64,000 nt of DNA from an uncultured Acidobacteriaceae bacterium (lineage in GTDB: Bacteria > Acidobacteriota > Terriglobia > Terriglobales > Acidobacteriaceae): assembly GCA_963791875.1 (NCBI GenBank), contig CAWBUI010000005.1, forward strand, positions 2,340 through 66,339, read 5' to 3'. The position numbers and the translations under genes were made by a program. Positions 18,487 through 29,562 of the stretch are shown one piece after another. The notes under the pieces were generated by a model, which saw only the letters and a program-made list of their open reading frames with translations, ran no database searches and was not told where the DNA came from. Every line of letters begins with the position of its first letter. Positions within the stretch are counted from its first letter, which is position 1.

Positions 18487-21400
18487 ATGAGTACGCCAAC
18501 AGCGGAAGAGGTGCCCTGCGTCATGCCCGCGCACTTAGAGCTGCCCCCTGCGCCGGCCGCGGAACGAGGTGCGGTGAAGGCGTGGGCAGAACCCGTCCCC
18601 ATGCGCTCGTACATGCCCGAAGCGGCAGAACTACACCCCATGTTTCTGGATCGCCGCGTGTACCAGGGCAGCAGTGGACGTGTGTATCCTCTCCCGTTCA
18701 TCGACCGCATCGCCACCGAACCGTCAGAGCGGAACTGGCAGGCCATCCACATTGAGAACGAGCACGTCCGGCTCATGATCCTGCCAGAGATCGGCGGCCG
18801 CATCCACATCGGGTACGACAAGGCAGCCGACTTCGACTTCTTCTACCGGCAGAACGTCATCAAGCCTGCTCTGGTGGGGCTCGCCGGCCCGTGGATCTCC
18901 GGTGGCGTCGAGTTCAACTGGCCGCAGCATCATCGGCCCGCCACCTTCATGCCCGTCGCCACAGAGATCGAGCGGCATGACGATGGCTCGGTCACGGTGT
19001 GGTGCAGCGACCACGACCCCATGCAGCGCATGAAGGGCATGCACGGTGTCTGTCTGCATCCCGGCAAGTCCCTGGTCGAGTTGAAGGTGCGCCTTTACAA
19101 CCGGACGCCGTACACGCAAAGCTTTCTGTGGTGGGCCAACGTCGCCACTCGCGTGCACGAGCGGTACCAGTCGTTCTTCCCTACGGACATGCGCTTTGTC
19201 GCGGATCACGCGCGCCGCGCCGTAACCAGCCTACCCGCGCAGCCATGGCACCTACTACGGCATCGACTACGCCGAGCGCGCACGCAACGGCGTCCCGCCG
19301 GAGGAGCAGCCCCGGAACTTCGTGCCTGCTGGCAGCTATCCCCCCAACGACCTTGGGCTGGTATCGCCAACATTCCCGTCCCCACAAGCTACATGGTCAC
19401 CGGCACACGCGAGGACTTCTTCGGGGGCTACGATCACAAGGCCGGAGCCGGCGTCGTGCACGTGGCGAACCACCACATCGCGCCGGGCAAGAAGCAGTGG
19501 ACCTGGGGCAACCACGATTTCGGCTACGCGTGGGACCGCAATCTTACCGACACCGACGGCCCCTACATCGAGCTTATGGCCGGCGTCTACACCGACAATC
19601 AACCTGACTTCTCCTGGCTGGCCCCGTGGGAGACGAAAACCTTCTCGCAGTTCTGGTACCCCCTGCACGGCGTCGGTGTTCCGCAGGCCGCCAACACCCG
19701 TGCGGCACTTCACCTGTCGGTCGCCGGCGGCAAAGCCCGCGTAGGTCTCGACGTAACGGAAAACTTCGACGCCGTGGACCTCATAGTGCACGCGGGCGCC
19801 GAGGTGCTGCAGCGCTGGCGCCAGCCGGCGCGCATCGCACATCCGCTGCTGCTCACTGCCGAGTTTCCCCCTGGTGCAGCGGAGGCCGGCATCTCCGTAC
19901 GCGTTCTGGACAGTCTCGGGCGTGAGCTGATCGCCTATTCACCGGCCGCGGTCGTCCCCGCCCAGCCGCCCTCTGTAGCCACGGAGCCCGCGGCCCCGGA
20001 CGATGTGGCGAGCGTCGAAGAGTTGTATCTGGCGGGACTGCACCTCGCACAGTATCGCCATGCCACTCGCCGGCCTGAGCTTTACTGGACCGAGGCCCTG
20101 CGGCGCGACCCCGGCGACAGCCGCTGCCACACCGCGATGGCATCATGGCACCTTCGGCGTGGCGAGATGGAATCCGCTGCAAGCCATGCCGAGGCAGCGC
20201 GTGCCCGTCTCACGGAGCGCAACGGCAATCCCGCGGAAGGCGAGCCGCTCTACCTGCTTGGGCTCGTCCGCCGCCTGCAAGGCCAGCCCGAAGCCGCTTA
20301 CGACGCCTTCTACAAGGCGACCTGGAACGCAGCCTGGCGTGCGCCCGCCTACCTGGCCCTCGCTGAGATTGATATGGCCGCCGAGCGCTGGCCTACGGCA
20401 CTCGATCACCTGGAGCGCAGCCTTACGGCCGAGGCCGAAAACCTCCTCGCACTCGCCTGGCGGGTCGTCGTTCTCCGGCGCCTCGAGCGGGACACCTTGG
20501 CTGACCAGTCGCTTGCCGCGCTGCGCCGCCTCGACCCCCTCGACATCACCAGCCGTTGGCTCGCCGGTTCACCGCCGGCCAACCCGCAGGAGCGCCTCGA
20601 TCTCGCGTTCGACCTGCGACGCGCGGGACTTACCGCAGAGGCATACGATCTCCTCTCCGACGCCGACCTCGGCGCCCGCGACGGCACCGCACCGATCGCC
20701 TTCCTCCTCCGGGCATCACTGGCCGAGGATCTCGGGAGCCCCGCGGAAGCAGCCACCCACAGAAGTGCCGCAGTCTCCGTTCCTCTCGACTACTGCTTCC
20801 CGAATCGCCTGGAGGAGTACCTGGTTCTGAAGCAGATCACACAGAGTGAGCCGGGGCTCGCCGTCCCGTGGTATCTGTTGGGCCTCTTTCTCTACGATCG
20901 CGGTCGCCACGACGAAGCCATGCATGCCTGGGAGACGGCCGCCCAACTCGGCCTGCCCAGCCCAACCCTTCACCGCAACCTGGGCATCGGCCTCTACAAC
21001 GTCCGTCGCGACGCCCGGGCCGCGCAAACCGCCTTCGAACAATCCTTCGCGCTCAATCCGGACGACGCGCGCGTGCTCTACGAGAAGGATCAGCTTGCCA
21101 AACGAATCGGCGATTCGCCGGAGGCTCGCCTTAACGAACTCAGCCGCCATCGCCACCTGGTAGAACGGCGCGACGATCTCTCCGTCGAATTGGCGACGTT
21201 GCTTAACCAGACCGGCCAGCCAGAGCGAGCCCTTGGCATCCTGCTCAGCCGCCGCTTCCAGCCTTGGGAAGGCGGCGAAGGCCATGTTCTCGGCCAGTTT
21301 GTTCGCGCCCGCCTGCTGCTCGGCCAGGCGGCCCTGCAGGATAAGGCGCCGGAATGCGCAAGGCAGCACTTCGCCGCCGCGCTCGACCCGCCCGCCAGCC

Positions 21401-21906
21401 TCAGCGAGGCACGGCACCTGCTCGCCAACGCAAGCGACATCCACTTTTGGATCGGCGAAGCTGAACAAGCCCTGGGTGACGCGGACGCTGCACAGGCTGC
21501 CCGCGAGCGCGCCGTCCGCCAGCGCGGAGACTTCCAGGAGATGGCGGTTCGTTCTGTCTCCGAACTGACCTTCTGGTCCGCGCTTGCCCTGCGCCGACTC
21601 GGCCGCGAGACGGAAGCCGAGGACCTGCTTCGTTCCATCCTTGCCTACGCCGAAGAACTCGAGCACACGGAGCCCAGAATCGACTACTTCGCCACCTCCC
21701 TTCCCGCCATGCTTCTCTTTGAGGACGATCTCCGGCTTCGCTCCCGTGTCAGCGCCCTCTTTTTGCGTGCCCAGGCCTTGTCGGGTCTCGGCGAACCGAC
21801 AAGGGCGCAACATGTTCTTGAGGAGGTGCTCCGGCTCGATAGCAACCACGCCGGCGCCGGCGATTTCCTCAGGCTGCTGCGCGCGCCAGCAGGAGTCATC
21901 CTGTGA
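18487..21906 (+). CDS. DUF5107 + TPR protein (YphG-like); three compensating +1 indels at ~19230-19365
   Basis: YQGSSGRVYPLP, LPEIGGRI, GPWISGGVEFNWPQHH, PGKKQWTWG, YIELMAGVYTDNQPDF; C-terminal TPR repeats; no signal peptide. Confidence 0.88.
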   Translation: MSTPTAEEVPCVMPAHLELPPAPAAERGAVKAWAEPVPMRSYMPEAAELHPMFLDRRVYQGSSGRVYPLPFIDRIATEPSERNWQAIHIENEHVRLMILPEIGGRIHIGYDKAADFDFFYRQNVIKPALVGLAGPWISGGVEFNWPQHHRPATFMPVATEIERHDDGSVTVWCSDHDPMQRMKGMHGVCLHPGKSLVELKVRLYNRTPYTQSFLWWANVATRVHERYQSFFPTDMRFVADHARRAVTSLPAQPWHLLRHRLRRARTQRRPAGGAAPELRACWQLSPQRPWAGIANIPVPTSYMVTGTREDFFGGYDHKAGAGVVHVANHHIAPGKKQWTWGNHDFGYAWDRNLTDTDGPYIELMAGVYTDNQPDFSWLAPWETKTFSQFWYPLHGVGVPQAANTRAALHLSVAGGKARVGLDVTENFDAVDLIVHAGAEVLQRWRQPARIAHPLLLTAEFPPGAAEAGISVRVLDSLGRELIAYSPAAVVPAQPPSVATEPAAPDDVASVEELYLAGLHLAQYRHATRRPELYWTEALRRDPGDSRCHTAMASWHLRRGEMESAASHAEAARARLTERNGNPAEGEPLYLLGLVRRLQGQPEAAYDAFYKATWNAAWRAPAYLALAEIDMAAERWPTALDHLERSLTAEAENLLALAWRVVVLRRLERDTLADQSLAALRRLDPLDITSRWLAGSPPANPQERLDLAFDLRRAGLTAEAYDLLSDADLGARDGTAPIAFLLRASLAEDLGSPAEAATHRSAAVSVPLDYCFPNRLEEYLVLKQITQSEPGLAVPWYLLGLFLYDRGRHDEAMHAWETAAQLGLPSPTLHRNLGIGLYNVRRDARAAQTAFEQSFALNPDDARVLYEKDQLAKRIGDSPEARLNELSRHRHLVERRDDLSVELATLLNQTGQPERALGILLSRRFQPWEGGEGHVLGQFVRARLLLGQAALQDKAPECARQHFAAALDPPASLSEARHLLANASDIHFWIGEAEQALGDADAAQAARERAVRQRGDFQEMAVRSVSELTFWSALALRRLGRETEAEDLLRSILAYAEELEHTEPRIDYFATSLPAMLLFEDDLRLRSRVSALFLRAQALSGLGEPTRAQHVLEEVLRLDSNHAGAGDFLRLLRAPAGVIL

Positions 21907-23340
21907 TCGTGCACAGCCCGGTCGAGGCCAGGACAACTCCGCTGGACCAGCCTCTCAACACGCGCTATCTCTGGCTCATCGCTGGTGTCGCCGCGCTCGG
22001 AGGCCTGCTCTTCGGCTACGACTGGGTCGTTATCGGCGGCGCTCGCCCGTTTTATGAGCCCTACTTCCACCTGCAAAGCGAGGCTGCGGTGGGATGGGCC
22101 AACAGCTGCGCCCTGCTCGGCTGCTTTGTCGGCTCCCTGGCGGCTGGCCGCATCAGCGACCGGCTCGGCCGCAAGCGCGCGCTTCTGCTCGCGGCGCTGC
22201 TCTTCGCTGTCTCTTCCGTGCTCACCGGCTGGTCCTTTCAGATTCGCCGGCTTCATCTTCTGGCGCATCCTAGGCGGCGTCGCCATCGGACTCGCATCCA
22301 ACGTCTCTCCGATGTACATCGCCGAGGTCAGCCCCGCCGCCATGCGCGGCCGTCTTGTCAGCCTGAACCAACTCGCGCTCGTCATCGGCATCCTTCTCGC
22401 ACAGGTCGCCAACTGGCAGATCGCGCGCCCGATGGCCTCCAACGACCCTGCTGTCTTGGCCGCCTCATGGAACGTGCTGTACGGCTGGCGCTGGATGTTT
22501 ACCGCCGTCGCCCTGCCGGCTCTTGTTCTCCTCGCCGCGGTGCCGCTACTGCCCGAAAGTCCACGTTGGCTCGTCCTGCGCGGCAGGTCCGACGAAGCGA
22601 ACAACGTGCTCACCCGTTTCGGTGGCGGTCTCTACGCAGCCTCTGAGCTGGCCGCCATCCAATCGTCGGTGGGCACCCGCGCAGAGCCTCGCAGCAGCTG
22701 GCGCGAGCTCTTCGTCCCCGGTATCTCACGGCTGCTTGCCATCGGCGTCGCCCTTGCGGTTCTGCAGCAGGCCAGCGGCATCAACATTCTCTTCAACTAC
22801 GCCGAAGAGGTCTACCGCGGCGCCGGGCTAGGCATGAGCGATCTGCTCTTCAACATCGTCATCACAGGAGCGATCAACCTGATCTTTACCCTCGTCGCGA
22901 TGACGTTGGTGGACCGCTTTGGCCGTCGCCGGCTGATGCTTCTCGGCTGCGTCGGCGTGGGCGCGGCACACCTTCTCGCAGCCCTAGCCTACCGACAGCA
23001 CGCCGCCGGCACGATCGTCCTCTTGCTCACCTTGGCCGCCATTGCCTGCTACGCCATGTCGCTCGCACCGGTCACCTGGGTCCTCATCACGGAGCTCTTT
23101 CCCAACCGCGTCCGCGCCAACGCGATCTCGGTCAGCGTAGGTGCGCTGTGGGTGGCTTCCTTTGTACTCACCTACACCTTTCCGCTGCTTCATCGCGGCC
23201 TGGGGATGAGCGGCACCTTCACCGTCTACGGTCTGTTCTGCATGTGCGGCGCAGCCTTCGTCTTCTTCTGCGTTCCCGAGACGCGCGGCCGCTCTCTGGA
23301 AGAGATCGGGCAGGCGCAGGGTCTGGAAGCTCTCCCGTGA
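21903..23340 (+). CDS. MFS sugar porter (XylE/AraE-like), +1 frameshift at ~22237
   Basis: GGLLFGYD, DRLGRK, PMYIAE, PESPRWL, LQQASGIN, DRFGRR, PETRG. Confidence 0.93.
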
Positions 23341-23418
23341 TGGCCTTCCCTCCCCCACTCAATCCAGTCGAGCCCCGCACCTGAACCTGCCCGGTACGAC
23401 GCCGCGCGTACTCTGGAG

Positions 23419-25338
23419 ATGCCTATGATTCTTACCCCCAAATGCTTCGCCTCCGTGCTGGTGGCCCTCTCCCTGCTTAGCGGTAGTTCAGTAGCCCAGA
23501 CACCCGCCCCACCCTTTGCCGTGCACGGCGATCACTTCGAGCTAAATGGCCAGCCGTTTGAGGTCATCGCAGGCGAGCTGCACTATGCGCGCATTCCTCG
23601 GGAGTACTGGCGCCAGCGCATCCAGATGGCGAAGGCAATGGGCCTGAACACGATTGCCACCTACGTATTCTGGAACGTCCACGAGCCGCGGCCCGGGCAG
23701 TTCGACTTCGGGGGCCAGAACGATCTGGTCGCCTTCCTCAAAATCGCGCAGCAAGAGCACATGTACGTCCTCCTGCGCGTGGGGCCATATGATTGCGCGG
23801 AGTGGGAGTTTGGCGGCTTTCCTGCCTGGTTGCTGAAGGATCCGAAGATGGCCACCGCCCTTCGCACGCGCGATCCCGCCTTCATGGTGCCCGCGGAACG
23901 CTTTATCCGACGCGTGGCGCAGGAGGTCGCAGCCCTCCAGGTCGGCAACGGCGGTCCCATCCTGGCCACCCAGATCGAGAACGAGTATGGCAACTTTTCC
24001 AACGACCACCAGTACATGGCCAACTGGCGCGACATCTTCATCTCTGCCGGCTTCACCAAGTCGCTCCTGTATACCGTGGACCCATCAAAAGCGCTGGCCA
24101 ACGGGCAGATTGAGGGCATCTACTCCGGCGTGAACTTCGGCACAGGACGCGCCGAGGCCGGCCTGACCACGCTGGCGCATTCCCGACCGGGGCAGCCGCT
24201 GTTCGCGACCGAATACTGGCCGGGCTGGTTCGACCTGTGGGGCCACCCTCATGAAACGCGCCCGGTCGCGCCTCAGATCGCCGACCTCGAGTACATCCTC
24301 AGCCACCACGCCTCAGTCAACATCTACATGGTGCACGGAGGCACTACCTTCGGCCTGATGGCCGGAGCAAGCGAGAGCACAGGCGCGTATCGCGGCAACG
24401 TCCCCAGTTACGACTACGACGCGCCCATCGACGAGGCTGGCCACCCCACCCCCAAGTTCTTCGCCTACCGCGACGAGATCCTCAAGTACACGCACGAGAA
24501 ACCCCTGCCCGTTCCCGCTATCCCACCAGTCATCGCGGTTCCCTCATTCGCCATGCGCACCTACGCCTCGCTGTGGGACAACCTGCCTGCCCCGGCGAAA
24601 AGCGCCCAGCCGCAAACGATGGAGCAGCTCGATCAGGCTTATGGGTATGTGCTCTACCGTAAACAATTGCCGGCGACGGACGCAGCGCAGCCCCTCAAAC
24701 TCATAGACATGCGTGACTTCGCCCTCGTCTACCTCGACGGCAAATCGATCGGCACACTGGACCGCCACTACGCGCAGGACACACTCACGCTGCCTGCCCA
24801 CCCCGCGGCGCAACTGGACATCCTCGTCGAAAATACGGGCCGCCTGAACTCCACCAGGAAGATGCGCCTCGAACGCAAAGGTATAACCGCAGCGAGCCTT
24901 GCCGGTCAGCTGCTCGCGGACTGGGAGATGTACTCCATCCCGGCAAACGAAGCTCCCGCGCCAAGCCCTCGCACAAACGCGAGCGCGCGCACGCCCCTCT
25001 ACCAGATCGGCACGTTCGAACTGAAACAGGTCGGCGACACCTTCCTCGACGTGGGCCAGCTCGGGAAGGGCGTCATCTGGATCAACGGACATCCACTAGG
25101 CCGCTTCTGGGACATCGGCCCGCAGCGTACCCTCTATGTGCCCGGGCCCTGGCTCAAGACGGGCAGGAACGAAGTCACAGTTCTGGAGCTGCTGTATGGA
25201 ACAAAGGAGCCGAAGCTCGCCGGGCTCATCAAGCCGATCCTCGATGCTCCCACACCCGCGTACGCCACAGATCCTGAGCGCAAGAAGGCAGCCCCCGCCG
25301 ACGCCGAATTCGGACCCAAGCTGGCCGGAACTCCCTGA
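23419..25338 (+). CDS. Secreted GH35 beta-galactosidase
   Basis: GELHYARIP, YVFWNVHEP, AEWEFGGFP, QIENEYG, TEYWPGWFD, YMVHGGT, SYDYDAP. Confidence 0.95.
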   Translation: MPMILTPKCFASVLVALSLLSGSSVAQTPAPPFAVHGDHFELNGQPFEVIAGELHYARIPREYWRQRIQMAKAMGLNTIATYVFWNVHEPRPGQFDFGGQNDLVAFLKIAQQEHMYVLLRVGPYDCAEWEFGGFPAWLLKDPKMATALRTRDPAFMVPAERFIRRVAQEVAALQVGNGGPILATQIENEYGNFSNDHQYMANWRDIFISAGFTKSLLYTVDPSKALANGQIEGIYSGVNFGTGRAEAGLTTLAHSRPGQPLFATEYWPGWFDLWGHPHETRPVAPQIADLEYILSHHASVNIYMVHGGTTFGLMAGASESTGAYRGNVPSYDYDAPIDEAGHPTPKFFAYRDEILKYTHEKPLPVPAIPPVIAVPSFAMRTYASLWDNLPAPAKSAQPQTMEQLDQAYGYVLYRKQLPATDAAQPLKLIDMRDFALVYLDGKSIGTLDRHYAQDTLTLPAHPAAQLDILVENTGRLNSTRKMRLERKGITAASLAGQLLADWEMYSIPANEAPAPSPRTNASARTPLYQIGTFELKQVGDTFLDVGQLGKGVIWINGHPLGRFWDIGPQRTLYVPGPWLKTGRNEVTVLELLYGTKEPKLAGLIKPILDAPTPAYATDPERKKAAPADAEFGPKLAGTP

Positions 25339-25390
25339 CCACCGCTGGACGAACATGGTCATGTGAATTCGGTTTGTGCCACCGCTTGCG

Positions 25391-26143
25391 TCAATAGGTC
25401 GGCCGGTGCTCCGGAAGATACTCTTCGCCGAACTTGTTCTTGTGCTTCATCATCGGGTCGGGCGTCGCCTCAAGAGCAATCTGCCCCAGGTTCACAGCCT
25501 CACTTCCAACCCGCACGACCCGTTCCGAAGCGGCTGCATCGCTGGTCTGCGCAACCTCGCTCCACACATGCAAACGGTAACTCCCCGGAGGCACACCGTG
25601 AACAGTGATTGCCCCCTCGGCGGTAGAAACATCGTAGTAAGGCGTACCCAGCGCAAGTACCACCGCACCCATGTCCGGGTGGATATTGCAGAAGATGTAC
25701 GACACACCTTCCCGATCGAACCTGACCGTTCGAGTTGTACCTGACTCGTACAAACCCAGGTCAAAGCGCTTTCCGTTGAACAGCGAAAATACATTGTGGA
25801 AGAACGGGTCTCGGTTCGGGAACTCGACGCTGCTCCCCGCAGGCACCACCAGCAGATGTGGCGTGAATTGCTTGTCCCTTTGGACTAGGCGGAACGGGCC
25901 CTTATGCCGGGGATTGTCGCTGATCGCAGGAATCGCCGCACCCACCGGAGTAAGCCACAGGACGACATCAGAAGGACTGGGGCTCTTCTCATGTTTGGCC
26001 TGTGGCAAGCCAGCCCTGCGTTGTACCGTTACCACCGCAGAGACGTCGACGCCCTGCGCGTACAGCAACGGTTTCGCGGCCATTACGGCGGCCATGACGC
26101 AGAAGGCGTGAATCAAATTCCGCATGGCTGCCAGGCCGCTCAT
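25391..26143 (-). CDS. Secreted cupredoxin-like + carboxypeptidase-regulatory-like protein
   Basis: Signal peptide; FPNRDPFFHNVFS and IFCNIHPDM (H..C-x2-H-x2-M); ATG overlaps upstream TGA. Confidence 0.75.
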   Translation of the reverse strand: MSGLAAMRNLIHAFCVMAAVMAAKPLLYAQGVDVSAVVTVQRRAGLPQAKHEKSPSPSDVVLWLTPVGAAIPAISDNPRHKGPFRLVQRDKQFTPHLLVVPAGSSVEFPNRDPFFHNVFSLFNGKRFDLGLYESGTTRTVRFDREGVSYIFCNIHPDMGAVVLALGTPYYDVSTAEGAITVHGVPPGSYRLHVWSEVAQTSDAAASERVVRVGSEAVNLGQIALEATPDPMMKHKNKFGEEYLPEHRPTY

Positions 26144-27666
26144 CAAAATTGATATCCAACAGCAAGCGTGAAGATGTCGAGCGTATTGGCCGAGCCGCTG
26201 ATCGGCCACGTCCAGATCCGGCGGTACTCCGGCGACAGAATAATATACGTCTTCGGCCGGAAGATGATGTTGCTCATCACCATTTGGTTGCGCGCACGCA
26301 GTTGAGTAGCAGAGGCATTGGGAGGCAGAACGACGGCGTGAAAATCGCTGGCAAACCCATCGTCCAATCCAATACTGAAGTTGGTCTCCAGCGACGAGGT
26401 GACGCGCGTCTTGAGCTCGCTCCACCCCCCCACCGCATTCAATCCGTGCAATACGGTAGCCCCGGAATATGGGCTAACGCCCGCGATGACGTCCTTGTAC
26501 ACGCCTCCCCCCAAGCCGCCCAAAGCGCGGCCGCGGTAGCCCTCGCCGCTCACTTCGATATGCCGGGCAATAGGCAGACGAAAGTCAATCGTGCCCGCCC
26601 AGGAATCAATGCTTCCCGTCCCGCCATACCCCGCGTATCCCGGATAGGCCTGGCGGCTGTAGTACCCGCTGGCGCCCACTTCCAGACCGCCTTCGCCGCC
26701 CCGAGCGTATGAAAGTCGCGTCTCGTATGCGGGCTGGCGGGAATTCTCTCCTGGGCTCGACGTCCGAAAAAACTGGTTCGCGTTGTAGCCCGCTGCGGCC
26801 GGATCCCACAATCCAAATTCAGCCTGCACTTGTCCGCCGCTATGCAGGGGCACACGGTGGGCGTAGCGCAACTGCGGCGCCCAGGTCCAAAGGTTGCCGG
26901 CGCCCGCCAGCGCAGGCTCAGCCACGGTCGCATACGACGACGGGGAAAGCGGCGAGATCAGCGGAGGGGACATCCCCACCGACAGTGAATCCCTGGACCA
27001 GTCGAAATTGATAGCCGCGGTCCGAAGCCGCACCGTCCCGGCAGAGGTGCCGTAGTCGGTATAGGACACGCCCGAGAAGAAATCGAAATCCACGCTGGCT
27101 GACGTCCGGGCGCCAGCCACACGCGGGCCGTCCCCTTCAAAACCGAGGATAGTCTGGCGAAAGCTGCCCCCCAGGCTCCCGTTCCCTGAGGTCGAGCTTT
27201 GCCGCAACGCTACCTCCGGCATATCGTCGTTGTCCGGAACCCCCTTGTTAACGAAGCCGTTGAACAACACCAGCCCCGTCACGCGCACCGGATATCTGGA
27301 TTTACTCTCGACCTTCGTCTGCTCATGCAGCTTGACCTCTGCCTCCACTGCCTGCTGCCGCTCCTCAAGCGTTGCAGCGCTACCGCCTGCGCTGCCCGGA
27401 GACGCGTACTCCCCGTCGGAATTTGCTGAACCGGAATGCGCCAGCAATGTCTGCAGATCTGCGACCTGCTTCTGCAGTGCAAGGATCTCGGCCTGCGACT
27501 CTGCGATCCGTTGCTTTGCCGCAATCACCGCGGCCGAGAGTTGTTCCACGCGCTGCTGGACCTCATCCCGAGACGACACGGCCTGCGGCACAGCCTGTGC
27601 AATCGCGCGCGCGCCCGCGAAGATGGAGCCCCCACAAACCAGAAGAGCAAACGCTTTGGCAATCAT
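26143..27666 (-). CDS. Outer-membrane beta-barrel/porin-like protein with N-terminal coiled coil
   Basis: Signal peptide, heptad-rich N-terminus, amphipathic strands, C-terminal LAVGYQF. Confidence 0.75.
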   Translation of the reverse strand: MIAKAFALLVCGGSIFAGARAIAQAVPQAVSSRDEVQQRVEQLSAAVIAAKQRIAESQAEILALQKQVADLQTLLAHSGSANSDGEYASPGSAGGSAATLEERQQAVEAEVKLHEQTKVESKSRYPVRVTGLVLFNGFVNKGVPDNDDMPEVALRQSSTSGNGSLGGSFRQTILGFEGDGPRVAGARTSASVDFDFFSGVSYTDYGTSAGTVRLRTAAINFDWSRDSLSVGMSPPLISPLSPSSYATVAEPALAGAGNLWTWAPQLRYAHRVPLHSGGQVQAEFGLWDPAAAGYNANQFFRTSSPGENSRQPAYETRLSYARGGEGGLEVGASGYYSRQAYPGYAGYGGTGSIDSWAGTIDFRLPIARHIEVSGEGYRGRALGGLGGGVYKDVIAGVSPYSGATVLHGLNAVGGWSELKTRVTSSLETNFSIGLDDGFASDFHAVVLPPNASATQLRARNQMVMSNIIFRPKTYIILSPEYRRIWTWPISGSANTLDIFTLAVGYQF

Positions 27667-29525
27667 GGTTCGGCCTCATGCAACAACTGCGGGTCGTTGG
27701 GTGCAACTGGCATCGATGTACTCGACTCAGGCTGCACGATCGGATTTGACGCACCCTGGCGGTTCGTCTGCTCCGCCGCGAGACGCGCCAGTGCTGACTT
27801 TGGGAGCGTCAGGATGAACGAAGTTTGTCCCTCATGGTAGTCCGACAATTCCAGTGTTCCGCCATGCTCCTGCGCAATCTGCTGCGCCAGCGTCAACCCA
27901 AGTCCCAGACCGCTCTCCTTACCCTGGCTCACAAACGGAAGGAACATGGACCGCCGCAAGCCTTCCGGAACTCCCGGACCCGTGTCGGTAACCGTGATCC
28001 GGAAGCTTGTCGTGTCTTCCTCCAAACCGATCGTCACGACCGCAAGCCGTGGCCCAAGGCGCGCCGCCTGGCAGGCGTTCAGCAGCAGGTTGTAAAGCGC
28101 ACGTTCCAGCTTCTGTGGATCAACAAACGCGTCCGTCGCAGCGCCACCCACCGCGATGACCCGCACATCCCGCGCGGCCGGATGCGAGCGAACCAGGCCC
28201 ATCGCGTGCTGTGACAGTGCCGCCAACGACGTGTAAGCCGGCTGGAGAGCGCGCCCCGTCTGGGTAAACAAGAGCAGCGAGTCGAGCAGATCCGTCATGC
28301 CCTGCACGGCCGACTTGACCTCGAGGAACAGCTCTTCGCGCTCGTTCTGCGGCAGTGTGCCGTCGCTCAGGAACTCGGCGTTCGCATACATTGCGGAGAG
28401 GTGATGCCGCAGATCGTGCGAGATGGAACTTGCCATCCGGCCGATCGTGGCCAGCCGTTCCGAGTCGAGGAGCTCGCCCTGGGTGCGCTTCAACTCCACA
28501 CGCATCCGCTCAAACGCCCGACTCAACTCCTGAATCTCCTGCACCCCGTCTTGGCCCAGCCTGTACTCGAAATTGCCCTGCGCCAGTGCTCGTGTTCCCT
28601 CCACCAAAGTCCGGATGGGGCTTGTCAGAGTCTTGGAGATCCACACCAGCATGGTCGTGCCCGCAACAATCGCAAAGAGCGCAAGCGTGAAAATCCAACG
28701 GTTGACGCTCTGCGTCAACCGAGTCGCCTGTTCAAACGACTTCAGCACGACCAGCTGTGGTGCGCCGGCGCCGGCCTGCTCCGCCCCGAGGGGCACAGCC
28801 GCCGCGAGATACGCCTGCTTCCCCAGGCGAAGCGTACGGTCCTGCGCCGGCGTTCCGAACAGCGGTCCCGCCTGCGCCATCAACGACCCCTGTAACCGTC
28901 GGTCGAGCGTCGTTGCAATCACCCGGTCCTGCGCCACAAACGCGACCTCCGCGGCCGACGCTTCGCTTACCTCGCGCGCGGTACCCTGATCGATCTCATA
29001 TCCCACGACCACGAACCCCAGCCTGCTATCTCTCTCCCGGCTTCCAAACAGCAGCGGCTGCACAGATATCTCAAACAGCCGATCGTTGAAGCTGACGAAG
29101 ATGGGGTGATTCAATCGCCCAGGACCGCCTTCCACCTGCGACTGCACTCCTCCTCTGTCCAGCAACGCGCCCCGATTGTAGGCCGCTACCAGATTGCTGT
29201 TGCGATCGAGCAACGCGAAGAAGTCGCTCCCGCTGACCTGCCAGAATTCAGTGCCGCCATCCACGATGGTGCGCTCGTCGCCCGTCATCAAGGCCTTGAG
29301 GCTCGGCAGGTCGGCAAGCAGGGCAGATTCGCGTTCCAGCAACTGGCGCCGCTGGCGGGCGAGGTTCTGGTACGTCTGCACGGAGTGCCGGAGATCCGCG
29401 TCCAGCGCAGCCACTGCCTGTCGCTGAACGATCGCGCGCAGGATCAGCAAACTGACGATCGTGCCCCCAAACGAGAGCAGGAGCAGCGGAATCAGCAACG
29501 TCGTCCTTAGGCGCAAGCTCCCCAC
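27663..29525 (-). CDS. HAMP-domain sensor histidine kinase
   Basis: Two TMs around a Cache-like periplasmic region; H-box ISHDLRH, NLLLNA, DTGPG, GLGLGL. Confidence 0.94.
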   Translation of the reverse strand: MGSLRLRTTLLIPLLLLSFGGTIVSLLILRAIVQRQAVAALDADLRHSVQTYQNLARQRRQLLERESALLADLPSLKALMTGDERTIVDGGTEFWQVSGSDFFALLDRNSNLVAAYNRGALLDRGGVQSQVEGGPGRLNHPIFVSFNDRLFEISVQPLLFGSRERDSRLGFVVVGYEIDQGTAREVSEASAAEVAFVAQDRVIATTLDRRLQGSLMAQAGPLFGTPAQDRTLRLGKQAYLAAAVPLGAEQAGAGAPQLVVLKSFEQATRLTQSVNRWIFTLALFAIVAGTTMLVWISKTLTSPIRTLVEGTRALAQGNFEYRLGQDGVQEIQELSRAFERMRVELKRTQGELLDSERLATIGRMASSISHDLRHHLSAMYANAEFLSDGTLPQNEREELFLEVKSAVQGMTDLLDSLLLFTQTGRALQPAYTSLAALSQHAMGLVRSHPAARDVRVIAVGGAATDAFVDPQKLERALYNLLLNACQAARLGPRLAVVTIGLEEDTTSFRITVTDTGPGVPEGLRRSMFLPFVSQGKESGLGLGLTLAQQIAQEHGGTLELSDYHEGQTSFILTLPKSALARLAAEQTNRQGASNPIVQPESSTSMPVAPNDPQLLHEAEP

Positions 29526-29562
29526 TGCCGTCTTCTCCGGTTCTCTTCTCGCACCAGCTCCG

